DNA of 64,000 bases from Eledone cirrhosa (GCA_964016885.1 OZ024742.1:247504001-247568000), one strand, 5' to 3'. Positions 15,609 to 30,815 are shown, numbered from the stretch's first letter. Program-made: numbers and translations. The notes: generated by a model not told the origin, from the letters alone.

Positions 15609-16303
15609 TATTTCAACGTCCTTTCAACTTATTAGGTGTCACCTTGAGACAACCAATTCATTTCATGTATCAGTGAGAGTTGATTGGGCTGCCTCAGATA
15701 TAGTGACTCGTGTTGCATCAGGGGAAGTTCCGAAAGCATGCACTACGTTTGATTTTCCCAACACGAAGACAAAGTGCTCAATACAAAAATAGAATATGTT
15801 GTATATTTATTATATTTCAGAGATCGATTTGTTGCTACTTTGTGTTCAGATATATATTTATATATATGATGGACACCCCCGTCGACATCCGACGTATGAG
15901 TGTCAAAGAAAAGTTCAGCTCTCTGGATGGCGATGTGTCATGTGGCATTTCAATCCCGCCAGTGACCCGCAGACCAAGCCACATAGGTCGCAAGTGCAAG
16001 AGTTTATTGAGAGCCTTGCAGCTATCAAGGCCCGTTGCTTAGGCCCTGTTCGGTTAACACGTAATTTCTCTATGCGACTGGATTCCAAGCTCTCCTTTTC
16101 TGTCCCTCATTCTTTCATTTCTTATATTCGATAGGTGGCAGCCCTATTTTTTGTTAGCTCTCACCAACCACATTTATTTGCCGGAAGTCTAAATATTTTC
16201 ATGCTGCATTTTCTACAACATCTTTTGTATTAATTCAGTTTCAAATCTCTTCTTTACTTACTTCCAGCTATAACATTGTTTTTATATTATATATTATATA
16301 TAT

Positions 16304-16490
16304 TTGTTTCTACTTTTGGCACAAGCCCAGAAATTATCCCAGTGTATTACTGGTACTTTATTTTATCGACCCCAAACGATGAAAGGCAAAGTTAACCTCG
16401 GCGGGATTTGAACTCCTACCATAAAGGGTCGTAACTCTTTGCTGCAAAGCATGGCGTCCGACCCTCTACCGATGCTGCCAATTCACCGCC
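16304..16490 (-). mobile_element. tRNA-derived SINE (octopus-type), short-tail variant
   Basis: Minus strand has A box TGGCAGCATCGG, B box GTTCAAATCC, core gcctttcatc..ggggtcgataaaataaagtaccag and tail gtgccaaaagtagaaacaa. Confidence 0.9.
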
Positions 16491-16768
16491 CTATATATTA
16501 TATATATTGTTTATATATTATATATATCGAAAGCACCACCTACATTTACATGTCCACTTTTCTTGCTGTGTTATCTCACGTGCATCTTACAAACAGATAA
16601 ACAGAAGGCTTCTCTAATCTGTTGCCCAGATTGGCATTACAAGTTCAATCCTACCTTAATGTGCGAAATTGCATGTGGTAGGTGGCTGACGAGGTAGACA
16701 CAGTTTTCTGTTCGTCTTATATAACTCTTTTTCTCTGCGCACTTTATGCTTTAATTATCTCCCCCCCT

Positions 16769-16841
<73 letters not shown>

Positions 16842-17384
16842 TATGTATATATATATATCGTAATAAGACATGAAATTTTAACCACAAGACAAACCATCAT
16901 TGCAGAGCTACCACCATCACCTAACACCTAATCAACAGCAGAACATATGAAAATATGAAGCGGTCTGTGTTAATACATGACTTTGAACATGCATCTCACT
17001 TTGAATTATTCCTCTGAGAGAGTGGGTCAGCCTGGAGATCTCCGTCTCTTGCAGACTGAACTGATAGATAGATCTAATTGAATCATTATTCATTTGGTAC
17101 GGTTTTAAACGATGAATGTTTCAACACAGTCGTGACAGTTTATTAGATATAATAGGAATAAGTAACCCCCTAATGGTTTTTGGAATCATAAGTTTTAAGA
17201 TGCTTCTGAGGAAATGTAGCCAGGAAAATTTGTCTGTAGAATTGAGATGTAATGTAAATGTTGATAAGACTGCATTAATAAATATCATTGATCTCTCTGT
17301 TTGTCTGTCTGTGCATGTGTGTTTGTGCACGTGCGTAGAATTATATAGTCGTAGAGCTAGTAGTGGTGTTAATAGCAGCAACAG

Positions 17385-17491
<107 letters not shown>

Positions 17492-18366
17492 TTGAGATTG
17501 GCTTAGTGGACAGGCAACCAATCGTGAGAGCAATGGTTTTATTTATGTTTTCAAAGATACAGTAATGAACCCAAAGTAGGGACATTTAAATAAGGTTTAT
17601 ATATCAACGTCTTAGATACAAGGAATAAACATTATTTATGACTGTTTCAACAGACTTCAGAAGGGGAAAAGCTGTTTAAGGCAGCTATGAACTGGCCAGA
17701 CTTTTCGGACCTTACTATTGGTTTTCGTTTCTGAACGCATGCCATATAAGGATTTTGTACCATAGCTGAAAAACTTTGTACCTTAGGGACCAGTTGAGAA
17801 AAGGAACTCAGGATTCTTGGTCAATACAAGTAGCGTTTAATGCGTATTTCAATGAGGCTATTTCTGAAGCGCATATTCTTCTGGCCGACAGAGTTCTTCT
17901 TTGTAGGAACCCAGCATTCGGGAGTTGTTTTCTTTGTGGACGACATAACTTGTACTGCAAATTTGGTTCATTTACCCGTGTGCGTAAGGACATACAGGCC
18001 TATAAAAACACACAGATAGCCTTCATATATGGACACATACTGAACCTTCATCAGATCTGACGATGAATGTTCTAATTGTTCAAACAACAGAATAGTCTCC
18101 TAGTGAAACTAACGTTTCAATGACTGAGCACTCTACAGATACGTGTGCCAATGGTGTAGTACTTAGGCAGATTCAATGTAATTCAGTGTATGTCGAATCG
18201 ACTCCTTAAATTAAAACTCATGTCTGACAGCTAAGCAGATTGCAGCATCATCAAATAAAGCGTCTTGCTCAAGTACACAATGCGCTATCGGAAACCGAAC
18301 GGAAGACCACAGATTTCAATAATTAGTTTACAACAGTAGACACATATACACAGACTTATGCACACA

Positions 18367-18404
<38 letters not shown>

Positions 18405-18959
18405 GGACCTAAAGTCACAATACATTTGAAAAATAATTACATCTTTAAGTTTCCATATTTATTAAATTGTTTCTTATAAAAAGATTATAAATTTTCCTAT
18501 GTATCGCGGAGAGACTTTTGGAGAGACGCAATATAGGAATATTGAGCAGTCAAACGCTGACTGTAATTACTTGAGAGTAAATAATTTTAATGACAGATAT
18601 ATACAATGTTTTTTGTTTCTTGGTAAGATAAAGTATATGAATATGTGTGTGTTTAAGTGTGAAAATATGTTCGTGTTTGTGTTTATGTATGAATAATTGT
18701 GCGTGTTTAGATATTTGTGACGCCCATGTGGAGCAACATGATATATCGGCACTGATTAATGTGAAAGCCATATCTCCTGTAGATTTGCAGGCATATCGTA
18801 GCGAGTGTCAAAGGAGGACTTACTAACTCCTACCTGCCACCCCACCTAAACAGACTTTGTGAAAATGGTATCTAGGATGGTCTAGGGAATCATTTTAACG
18901 ATAGAGTGCAAACCTTACTACTTGACTCCTGACCACAATTATAAATAAATAAATATATT

Positions 18960-18990
<31 letters not shown>

Positions 18991-19020
18991 ATGCATATAT
19001 ATATATATATATATATATAC

Positions 19021-20644
19021 AAAATTAAGATAAATCAAATGAATTTAATCTAAATCAAAATTATGGGTGTCATGCCAGAAAGACATGCGCCATATCACCC
19101 GCAAAATAAGCTCTAAGATTCTAACGAGTAGGTCTGAGCATTTTATAATAACTAGAGATTGATTAACATATAAATAAGCATGAATAATCACAGGAGATAA
19201 TTTTTACAAGTGTGTAACCACACATAGCTAGGTAGGTAACTAAATAAAGTTGACCAGAACTTCAAAAATAGATACCTTATAATATGATTAATCTTCCCTG
19301 TATATATTCCATTAAAGAAATATATTTCACCAATTAATCAGATGGTAAACCACAGAAGTGGATACTTGGATTTTCAACAAGGAAGAAGTTTCAGCAATCC
19401 GTGTTTACACTTCAAGTTCAAATCAGCGACTGGCCAGCACGTGTTGTATTTACTAGAAATATACACCATCATACTAGCTTCGTCCCAGTGGCGTGAATAG
19501 GGTTATCGACAACTAGAAACAGCAGTCGAGTCCTTTCAAGAGAGTTAGCTCTACAATTAAGGAGCCGTATTTATATAACTATATCCAAAATTAAGATAAA
19601 TCAAATGAATTTAATCTAAATCAAAATTATGGGTGTCATGCCAGAAAGACATGCGCCATATCACTCGCAAAATAAGCTCTAAGATTCTAACGAGTAGGTC
19701 CGAGCATTTTATAATAACTAGAGATTGATTAACATATAAATAAGCATGAATAATCACAGGAGATAATTTTTACAAGTGTGTAACCACACATAGCTAGGTA
19801 GGTAACTAAATAAAATTGACCACAACTTCAAAAATAGATACCTTATAATATGATTAATCTTCCCTGTATATATTCCATTAAAGAAATATATTTCACCAAT
19901 TAATCAGATGGTAAACCACAGAAGTGGATACTTGAATTTTCAACAAGGAAGAAGTTTCAGCAATCCGTGTTTACACTTCAAGTTCAAATCAGCGACTGGC
20001 CAGCACGTGTTGTATTTACTAGAAATATACACCATCATACTAGCTTCGTCCCAGTGGCGTGAATAGGGTTATCGACAACTAGAAACAGCAGTCGAGTCCT
20101 TTCAAGAGAGTTAGCTCTACAATTAAGGAGCCGTATTTATATAACTATATCCAAAATTAAGATAAATCAAATGAATTTAATCTAAATCAAAATTATGGGT
20201 GTCATGCCAGAAAGACATGCGCCATATCACTCGCAAAATAAGCTCTAAGATTCTAACGAGTAGGTCCGAGCATTTTATAATAACTAGAGATTGATTAACA
20301 TATAAATAAGCATGAATAATCACAGGAGATAATTTTTACAAGTGTGTAACCAAACATAGTTAGGTAGGTAACTAAATAAAGTTGACCAGAACTTCAAAAA
20401 TAGATACCTTATAATATGATTAATCTTCCCTGTATATATTTACCATCTGATTAATTGATGAAATATATTTCTTTAATGGAAAATATACAGGGAAGATTAA
20501 TCATATTATAAAGTATCTATTTTTGAAGTTCTGATCAAATTTATTTAGTTACCTACCTAGCTATGTGTGGTTACACACTTGTAAAAATTATCTCCTGTGA
20601 TTATTCATGTTTATTTATATGTTAATCAATCTCTAGTTATTATA
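19021..20644. repeat. 566-bp tandem repeat (2.5 copies) plus an inverted partial copy; Penelope pseudo-LTR-like architecture
   Basis: Unit starts aaaattaagataaatc at 19021, 19587 and 20153; 20439-20644 is the reverse complement of part of the unit; (TA)n at both ends. Confidence 0.9.
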
Positions 20645-20717
20645 TATATATATACATATATATATATATTTATATATATACATATATATATTAATAATAA
20701 TAATAACAGTAATAATA

Positions 20718-21000
20718 ATAAATGTGAATATATAAGAACCAAAACGGGGTTTTGTCTTTCCGTATAAATGTTCTAATCACTCCACATAACGACGTAATAT
20801 CTCCGCTTTTTTCCGGGCATTGCCAGGGAACGTCTTCACGAACCGAAGTATCATCTTCCTGTTTTCCTTCGGTTGCAACGTTTTTCGAAATATTTACTTC
20901 TGCGTTCACAGATTGATTTTTTTTTTTAGTTTCAGAAGATACCGTTAAGGGTGAAAGCAGCGATTCTTTGCATAAACTTTAATCTGTTATTTTAATAAAT
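20718..21000 (+). mobile_element. longer copy of the CAGAAGA hammerhead-like family
   Basis: acagattga...agtttcagaagataccgttaagggtgaaagcagcgattctttgcataaactttaatctgt; the 3' end ttattttaataaat is shared with the other two copies; 5' boundary approximate. Confidence 0.7.
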
Positions 21001-21004
21001 ACAG

Positions 21005-21114
<110 letters not shown>

Positions 21115-21147
21115 CTTTATATGTGTATGTGTTTGCGTGTGTGTGCG

Positions 21148-21180
<33 letters not shown>

Positions 21181-21224
21181 CGTATGTATACATATACATG
21201 CACATATATAAGTATATATATATT

Positions 21225-21256
<32 letters not shown>

Positions 21257-21399
21257 TGATATACATGTATATAATATATATATATATATATATGTGTGTG
21301 TGAGTGCGTGCGTGTGTGTGTGCGTGTGTGTGTGTGCGTGTGTAAATAAATGAAATACCTCCGCTACCTGCTTCGCTCTCACTCTGCAACACTCTTATG

Positions 21400-21433
<34 letters not shown>

Positions 21434-21811
21434 CACGGATTAATAAATCCATTTTTTCCCGGCGAAAACAAGTTACTCGAGTTAAATTATTTATTTCAGT
21501 AAATGTTTAACTTGAAGGTAGGAAAATATTAAGATTTTTCATCATACTCATAATGAAGCATTCACTGATGAGACATAAAATAGGAAAATAATGTTATAGA
21601 GAGCCCTTCGAAGAGTGGATTAAATGCCAGAAACAAAGCAGAGGTCATTAACACACCAGCCATAAAGTATTTACATACAACATCAATATTATTAAGTGAT
21701 CACTATCGGAAATGAGCAAAATTAATGTCAACATCTGAAACTTGCAAACTCGGCAATATTCACATCAGTCAAAAACGGATGTATCTACCTAGAAAAGCAA
21801 ATGTGGTTTAA

Positions 21812-22031
21812 CCCTTTAGTATTCACATTAATCTATATATACTATTATATTTTCATGGTAAAGGTTTTACCTTGCATAATTATCTCACATAATATCGAAT
21901 CTATGAGATTTTGAAAGTATTTATTTTGAGAACAATACCTTACCATCAGTTTCAGCGACCAGTTAGAGCCAGTTTCAACAGAAGGAGGTAAAGAGTTCTG
22001 GCCGGTTTTGGCCGGTTTGAACATTAAAGGG
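21812..22031. mobile_element. piggyBac-type MITE
   Basis: TTAA on both sides (21808-21811 and 22032-22035); TIRs CCCTTTAGTATTCA / TGAACATTAAAGGG (12 of 14 match). Confidence 0.8.
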
Positions 22032-22329
22032 TTAAAGCAACTTCTTCAGCTGTCCATTAAGTCCGTTACCATAAGCCTTTTTACGTACTTAGAATATACA
22101 AAGGATTGGATGTTAAAACTGATATAAACACCTGAAGGTTCCCAAAAGCTCCAGATTATATAACAAAAGATCCAAAAGAACACTTTCGAGAAATGTAATT
22201 TGTAGGGTGAGAATCCAGTGACCCCGTGTTAGCCTTAGTGAAATCCCTAAACAATCAAGCCAGCAACATACTAGGGTCAAATGGGTACAAAAACACTTCA
22301 TGGCAAATATGCCAGTTATCCTGATATAG

Positions 22330-22850
22330 GCCACATCCTTCCCTATCAGTGGCTGGTAAACTGTGGTCTCATGCTAGAAATCGAAGTGGGTATTTTCGGT
22401 TAATATCGGTTCTTTCTTACCATAAATTATACGAGGTATGTAGTCAGAAAAGGTGGTAGACAATATATTCCATTATTTCTGGATGCAGCCCCTTGCAACG
22501 CCATAATTGAGCAAGCAGCTCAGTACATACGCTGGGGGATATGCCACACTTTCAATCTCATCCTTCATAATGAGAATAGTTTGGAGCACAAACCAACGCA
22601 AGTAACTCAAAATACTGAAATCTTAATCCTCTGCTATCTTAATCCTCTGCTATTTCAGTATTCAAACACACAGCCAATCGGCTAAATACTATCATTAAAC
22701 ATTGTTAAAAAAGGACTTTCTTCTCATAGATGTCGCAGCCCACCTGACAAAGGCCTTGAATAAGAAATTAGCAAAACGGAGCATATAAAAAAATTACACT
22801 ATTCCTGACTGTCCTAAAACCAGAGAGCTGCAAACAATCATTCTCATGTG
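22330..22850 (+). mobile_element. old R4/Dong-like retrotransposon fragment (zinc-knuckle/RLE region)
   Basis: Frameshifted motifs IISGCSPL, AAQYIRWGIC, EHKPTQVTQN and LIDVA. Confidence 0.55.
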
Positions 22851-23042
22851 TATTTCAAAAAAATTGCGCAAATTTCTCTGTGTAGGCCCCAAAATATATA
22901 TACACGTACACAGGAACTCGATCCTACAATTATATGGTCTATCACCTGTTAACACTGAGAAGATTGTTGTCTCGTGATGTTTCAAGATGAAAATTGAATA
23001 CAGTTTGTACAAAAATAAGCAATGGCGAAATATAACAATAAC

Positions 23043-23256
23043 GGTTTCTTATATAGGCACACGGCCTGCAATTTTGGGGGAGGGAAAAGTCGATTAAATC
23101 GATCAGAGTGCGTTTTGGTACTTTATGTTATCGACCCCGTAAATATGAAAGGCAAAGCTAACATCGGCGGGATTTGAACCCAGATCATAAAGAGCCGCAT
23201 CTCTATGCTCCAAAGCATGGCGTCCGACCCTCTACCGCTACTGCCAATCCACCGCC
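23043..23256 (-). mobile_element. tRNA-derived SINE, long-tail variant
   Basis: Same head and core as 16304; tail includes tcgacttttccctccccc. Confidence 0.9.
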
Positions 23257-23825
23257 CTCGCGGATAGTAAATTAATGTTGTTTATTTATTAATTTTTTCT
23301 ACCTTTTGCACAACAAAAATAACAACAACTAAATAACAGAAATAGACAATAATATAATAAAAACAATATACATAGCAACAAAAGGACTATAGGTGGGGTG
23401 ATTGCGGGTGGTTACAATAGAGACAGCCTCAATAATAATAATAATAGGTGCCTTGGGAACGATATGAAAATCTCATATATATGAAATAAAACTGAGGAAG
23501 AACGCGGAGTACGCGGAGTACGTACATAAGATAGGAGAGAAATACCACCCCATAGCTAATACCTCCACAAGACTCGACAATGAGAATATTAAGCCAGAGA
23601 GAAATGAAACAGCGCTTCAAAGGTTAAGTGCAAGCCAACATACACCTCAGTGAAACACAGAGCACATATAGCTGCCAAGATCTTACAACGACAAATAGAT
23701 GATATAGTATTTCGTGTGTAAGTAATTTACTGATTAGGCAAATTTCAATAATGACATTGGAAAATTTCCCAATGTGGTGGTAGAGGTGGGGGGTTTACTC
23801 TTGTACTCTTTTACTGGTTGCATAT

Positions 23826-23962
<137 letters not shown>

Positions 23963-24267
23963 TTTATATATATATATATATACATGTATATATATGTACA
24001 TGTTTATATATATATGTATGTATCTCTCTATATATATGTATATATATATATGTGTGTATATGTATATATATATATATAATACGAAGGGTTTCTATGTAGT
24101 TTCTGTTTGTAAAATTTCAGTCAAAAGGCATTATTCAAATATAGTAGAACACTCTTAACTAAAATAACTAACACTGACATTGAACTCGAAGTCACGTGGT
24201 TGCGATACGAAATCTGTAATCACACGTGTATAAATTCTATATAATATGGTGTATACTCTCATAGAGT

Positions 24268-24740
24268 TGGGGAATTGGTCAGTCGTTAAAACGTCGGATA
24301 GAATGCTTTGCGGTATTCGTTTCGGTTGTCGGCTCTCTGAGGTCATGTCCTACCGAGGTCAACTTTGCCTTTCATCCATTCGATATCGATCAAAAAAGCT
24401 ACTAGTCAAGTATTGGAGGCGATTCTTGCTGTATATCTCTTTCTCACATCTATTTTCTCACTACCTATCCTTCTCTGGTAGAACTCTACTATATTCACAG
24501 AGATGGAGACCACCAGCTTAAATAATTGTTTCTACTTTTGGCACAAGGCCAGCAACTACTCAGTGCATTACTGGTACTTTATTTTATCGACTCCGTAAGC
24601 ATGAAAGGCAAAGCCAACCGCGACGGGATTTGAACTCAGACCGTAAGGGACGTAACTACGCTGGAAAGCATGGCGTCTGACCCTCTACCGATACTGCCAA
24701 TTCACCATAATGGCCTTAGAAATGGCTACTGTCAATTCTC
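24268..24740 (+). mobile_element. older SINE-related element interrupted by a younger SINE
   Basis: Diverged SINE head and core, then a tail matching the reverse complement of 39075-39200. Confidence 0.55.
24524..24707 (-). mobile_element. tRNA-derived SINE
   Basis: Family head, B box and tail. Confidence 0.9.
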
Positions 24741-24769
24741 TAAGTAAATTTGGTATTGATGTCCTGCAT

Positions 24770-24975
24770 CCGGTATTGGTGGCGCTTCGAACAACAAACG
24801 TTGCTGCATATAGTTACGGCCCTTTACGTTTTGAGTTCAAATCCCGCCGACGTTAGCTTTACCTTTCATCCTTTCGGGGTTGAAAAAATAAAGTATCAGT
24901 AACGCACTGTATTCGATCTAATCGATTTTCTTCTCCCCTAATATTGTTAGACTTGTGCCTAAATGAAAAACAATT
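24770..24975 (+). mobile_element. tRNA-derived SINE
   Basis: gagttcaaatcccgccga B box and core. Confidence 0.85.
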
Positions 24976-25376
24976 ACCATCATCATCAGCACCATCATCA
25001 TCAACATCACCAAAACCAGTATAGCCATCCATCACCATCATGACTACAACGTCAACCAGCAGCAAGAGAAGCAACGCTACCACCACCACCACCACCACTA
25101 CCACCACCACCAACAACATCAACGACCCCACAACCACCACCAATGCTACCATCACAACCAACAACACCGCCACCGTCATCACATGATGTCCAGGAGATTG
25201 CCAACCTAATATCATCAAATTAGAATTGTGTACTTGGCATCCACACACACAAAATCATAAACATATACTCGCTATCTCTTACACACACACATATAAATAT
25301 ATATATATATATGTATATATGTGCATGTATATACAAATATACACACACGCACATGCACACACACACACATATATAC

Positions 25377-25427
<51 letters not shown>

Positions 25428-25662
25428 ATATATATATATACACACACACATATATGTATATATAAATATTATATACAAATATATACAAACCACAGTCTTC
25501 CACACAAATCTGTTTATTTTTCATGTTTCCATTACTTTCGGACGAAGGACAAGCGTCCACAAAATAACTGGCTTTTATAATCTTTCTGTTTTCAAGCGTT
25601 AAACTACTCCATACACACAGACACATACACACACAAGCACACAAACACTAGCGCATATATAT

Positions 25663-25951
<289 letters not shown>

Positions 25952-26030
25952 CGAACAGCGTACGAGTAGGTTTGCTCGCTGTTCATCTCTAATGTGACGA
26001 TATATTATCACTACATTATTGATAACTTGA

Positions 26031-26067
<37 letters not shown>

Positions 26068-26470
26068 AATAATCTAAATGCGAAGCTAAATCAATTAGAC
26101 AACTTTTTTAGACAGTATCCTAGGTGATAGATTTGTAGTGTTATATATATCTAATGCAATACATGTTATGTATATGGTCACACACTTGTATTTAATGCTG
26201 CTCTTACAAATGTCCGTCCGAATACAAGATCATTTGGAAGAGCAAATTCCAATAAAAGTCTGTCCCATTATCAATAGCCCGTATTTTATTTGAAAAATAT
26301 TACATAACAAATGTTTTACCTAGGTTGCTGTTTGAAGAAGTCGTATCCTTTGTAGCGTAAAGGAACCGTTAGTTAATCTAGAAGGACAAAGAAATACTTA
26401 TTAAAACATATTACGTAATAAAATGTATTATGGAATGCTACCCTTCCCATTATTATTATTATTGTACGTA

Positions 26471-26693
26471 TACTAAGGGCGGGGGATTGGCAGTATCGGT
26501 AGAGGGTCGGACACCATGTTTTGCAGCATAGAGCTACAGCCTTTTATGATCTGAGTTCAAATCCCGACGAGGTTAACTTTGCCTTCCATCCTTACGGGGG
26601 TCGATAAAATAAAGTACCAGTCACGCACTGGAGTCGATATAATCGACTTTCCCCTCCCCCAACATTGCTGGCCTTGTGCCTATATAGGAAACC
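26471..26693 (+). mobile_element. full-length tRNA-derived SINE with TSD
   Basis: A and B boxes; direct repeat attattgtacgta at 26458-26470 and 26694-26706. Confidence 0.92.
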
Positions 26694-26786
26694 ATTATTG
26701 TACGTAACCTCTATTATTGACTACCACATCGGAATTGGGCGAACACATATGAAGTTCAGTGTTTGCTACTAAATACACCATTATTT

Positions 26787-26975
26787 CGGTGGATTGGCAG
26801 TATCGGTAGAGGGTCGCGCGCCATGCTTTGACGCATAGAGTTACGGCCCTTGCCATTCTGAGTTCAAATCCCGCCGAGGTTAACTTTACTTTTCATCCCT
26901 ACGGGGTTGATAAAATAAAGTACCAGTAATGCACTGGGTAATTGCTGGCGTTGTGCCAAAAGTAGAAACAATTAT
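26787..26975 (+). mobile_element. tRNA-derived SINE, short-tail variant
   Basis: A box ttggcagtatcgg, B box gagttcaaatcc, core and tail. Confidence 0.9.
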
Positions 26976-27502
26976 TTATTGATTGAAGTACACCCAGCTA
27001 GTGAACACTTTATAAAAATAAAATCAACCCCCACTCACCCAACCACATATATATATATTCACCAGCCACTGTCCAAGACGGCCCGACGGAATACGCACGC
27101 GTGTTTTTTTTTCTCCCCAATACTTTTCTCATTTCCTCCGTTTCATCACTCTTTACTTTCTATTTATCTGCTATTTCTAACTCTATCTTCCGATGAAGGA
27201 CTCGTGTTGGGAACATTAAGACTCTCTTCCAGCAATTTCAAGATTTAAACTAATATAATTCTTCCGTGTATTGTGCCGTTTGTTTTGTTATTTTTCTTAT
27301 TACTTACTTACTTACTTACTTACACACACACACACACACACACACGCATATATATATATATGCGTGTACGTGTGTGTGTGTGCGTGTTGTACTAAGCATA
27401 TAGCCATGCGAACTTACAGGCTTACATAGTTACAAGTTTACACATCCAAGATGCATTATTACTATAGACAAATGGATGTATATATATAACAGATAATATA
27501 AA

Positions 27503-27533
<31 letters not shown>

Positions 27534-27549
27534 ATATATATATATATAT

Positions 27550-27695
27550 AACGAAGGAAGTGTGGTAAGGAACCAGATGGTCCATAACGCACCAGAGTAC
27601 TCAATACTTAGGTTAGTAGAGTGGGTAATAGGAAAATAGTCCAGAAATAGCCGTCGAAACGGTTTGAGCTCTGCCGTCGGGGTTAAACATTTTCA
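27550..27695. mobile_element. (TA)n-embedded hairpin element with most of one arm deleted
   Basis: Family tail followed by gaaatagccgtcgaaacgg...gggttaaacattttc. Confidence 0.8.
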
Positions 27696-28232
27696 TATAT
27701 ATATATACAAACATAAGTCACCATTATATACATCCATAGTTGAACATCATGCTTGTATTTACTATCAGTAAATATAATTTTTCATCTTCACAACTATCAA
27801 TCAAATGTGTGTGTATGTCTCTGTGTCACCCCCCCCCCCTCCTGTGCGTGTGTGTGTTTAGTTTGGTGTGTATGCATATGTGTATATATGTATGTGCTCG
27901 CGGTTTTGTGTATATGTATTCGAAAGTTTGTTTAAAATACGACTGTGCTAAAATCATTAATTGACTAACTGAATGCGCACTCAATACATGTGATATATAT
28001 TTTGTTTTACAGTGAAGTTTCTGCTAGGTTAATTAAATGTTATGTGAGTGTATATTTGTACAATACGAGTATGAGAATGAAAGGGTGAGTTATATTGTCC
28101 CATATAGGGAATTCAGGTATCCGAATATATGTATATACGTCAACCTGTCTGTCGGCCCGTCTGTGTGTATGTATGTACGTATGTTTGTAAGTATATCTGT
28201 ATGTATTTACAAACACACACACACACACACAC

Positions 28233-28283
<51 letters not shown>

Positions 28284-28339
28284 AATACATACAAATACAT
28301 ACATAAATATATATGTGTATATATATATGTATATAAATA

Positions 28340-28404
<65 letters not shown>

Positions 28405-28437
28405 GCATACACACCACACACACATATATATATATCT

Positions 28438-28573
28438 ATGAAAAGAGTCAGGAGCCCGATTTGACGGGTGAGCTCCTGGGGTCGTGACAATTTTCGTATT
28501 ACCCACTCTACTACCCTAAGTTTCGAGTACTCTGGTAACTTATGGTCCAACTAGTATCTTGCTACACCTTCTT

Positions 28574-28579
<6 letters not shown>
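28438..28579. mobile_element. (TA)n-embedded hairpin element
   Basis: Family tail with a short hairpin. Confidence 0.8.
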
Positions 28580-28632
<53 letters not shown>

Positions 28633-28856
28633 GTGCGTATGTATGTGTGGATATTCGTTTGCGTTTGTGCGTGTTTGTGATTTTGTGTGTGAATTTGTGT
28701 GAGGTGGTGAATGTATATGCATATATGCGTATGTATGCTGAAATGCGAGTGTATATGTATGTAAATGTATGTGTACAGATTTTGCGTAGTTGGCAAAGTG
28801 AAGATATATTACCTGTTGTACTGATCACAAAAAAAAAGCAGACAGCAGTGAAGCTC

Positions 28857-28897
<41 letters not shown>

Positions 28898-28955
28898 GTG
28901 TATACACGTATGTTTACACACATACAAACACACAAACACACACACACACACACAC

Positions 28956-29026
<71 letters not shown>

Positions 29027-29230
29027 GTGTATAGTTTAGTAAATATACATACATACAGATGCATATATACGTGCAGGGATTTGAACTCCACATATATCCA
29101 TATATAAATTTAGTATACACACACATGATGAATATACATACGCACACATACATGTAAACACATACGAACAAGCAGTCAGAAATACAAACCCATACAACTA
29201 AACATATAAACAGTCACATATGCAAACACG

Positions 29231-29267
<37 letters not shown>

Positions 29268-29318
29268 CTTTTCACACATATATCTACAGCCCTACATCCA
29301 CATACATACATCTTACAA

Positions 29319-29353
<35 letters not shown>

Positions 29354-29674
29354 AAGTTGCACATTAGATTACATAGATATACGCATTCGTAGATCCATAT
29401 ATACACATCTATCTCCGTGTCCACACGTACATACATTCCTGCACGGATACATTCAATACACACATATTCACATATACAATACCATCTGAACACACACACA
29501 TATATACACCTATACATACACGTATATATATCAGTCAGCACGAAACAGATTCGCTCTCGTACAGGAGTTCAGTTAACGTTGATCTTATTCGAACACAAAA
29601 ACTCTACATAACTAAACATTGCCCACGCAACAATACACCCGCACGTACATACATTCATATATAAATAAATATAT

Positions 29675-29720
<46 letters not shown>

Positions 29721-29766
29721 TATATATATATATATATTTAATTATTTATATATATAAAATTATATA

Positions 29767-29826
<60 letters not shown>

Positions 29827-30032
29827 AAAGTGTTAAACCCCGACGGCAGAGCTCAAGCCGTTTTATATATATATATATATATATATAGACAACAAACCCA
29901 AACCGCGTTGGATAAATAGATTTAACAGGCGCAGGGCAGAGAGGATTATGTGGTCCATTTTTACTATGTACACCGTATTACACAGATAGAAACAAACGTA
30001 AGTATTTCACTATTACTGGTACCTTGTATATA

Positions 30033-30063
<31 letters not shown>

Positions 30064-30232
30064 GTTCCTGCTCTGTAATACATCTGATGTATTTACATTG
30101 AGCTATTTCTCATACTGGTAATAAGGTGGTAAAAAATAAAAAATACTGACCTTTCCTGTTTATAATTATATATAGTTTATATATAAGTATAAATAATATT
30201 ATTATTGTTATATATAACATATAATATATGAT

Positions 30233-30350
30233 TTGAGTTCAAATCCCGCCGAGGTTGACTTTGCCTTTTATCCTTACGGGGTCGATAAAATAAAGTACCA
30301 GTAATGCACTGGGTAATTGCTGGCCTTGTGCCTAAAGTAGAAACAATTAT
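30233..30350 (+). mobile_element. 5'-truncated tRNA-derived SINE
   Basis: Starts at the B box tgagttcaaatcccgccgagg. Confidence 0.88.
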
Positions 30351-30383
30351 TGTTATATATAACTATCTATCTATCTATCTCTC

Positions 30384-30458
<75 letters not shown>

Positions 30459-30597
30459 TTGTGCGTGTGTCTGCATTTATACTTATATTTATATATGTAT
30501 GCGTATATAAATATATATATATATATATATATTTATATTTATAAGTCTTTTTGTACCTCCATTTTTTGTTTCCTTGAACTATATATATATAAGACTC

Positions 30598-30629
<32 letters not shown>

Positions 30630-30815
30630 TGTGTGTATGTGTGTGTCTGTGTGTCTGTGTGTTTGTGCAATGACAGTAAGTATCTCCGTGCATCTCGCCT
30701 TTTTTTTTCTCTATTTATTTCTCCATATATCCCCATCCATTACGCACTACTATTCTCTGCATATATATGTCCCACACTTTTCTACATACAGTGAATATAT
30801 ATATATATATGTATG

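Noticed and set aside
19428-19482. Hammerhead-like junction in the 566-bp unit (minus strand GCUAGU-AUGAUGG-hairpin-ACACGU-GCUGGC)
   Set aside because: The stems can pair, but the core lacks both CUGANGA and GAAA.
21563-21592. CTGATGA...GAAA on the plus strand
   Set aside because: No pairing for stem II or stem III; probably chance.
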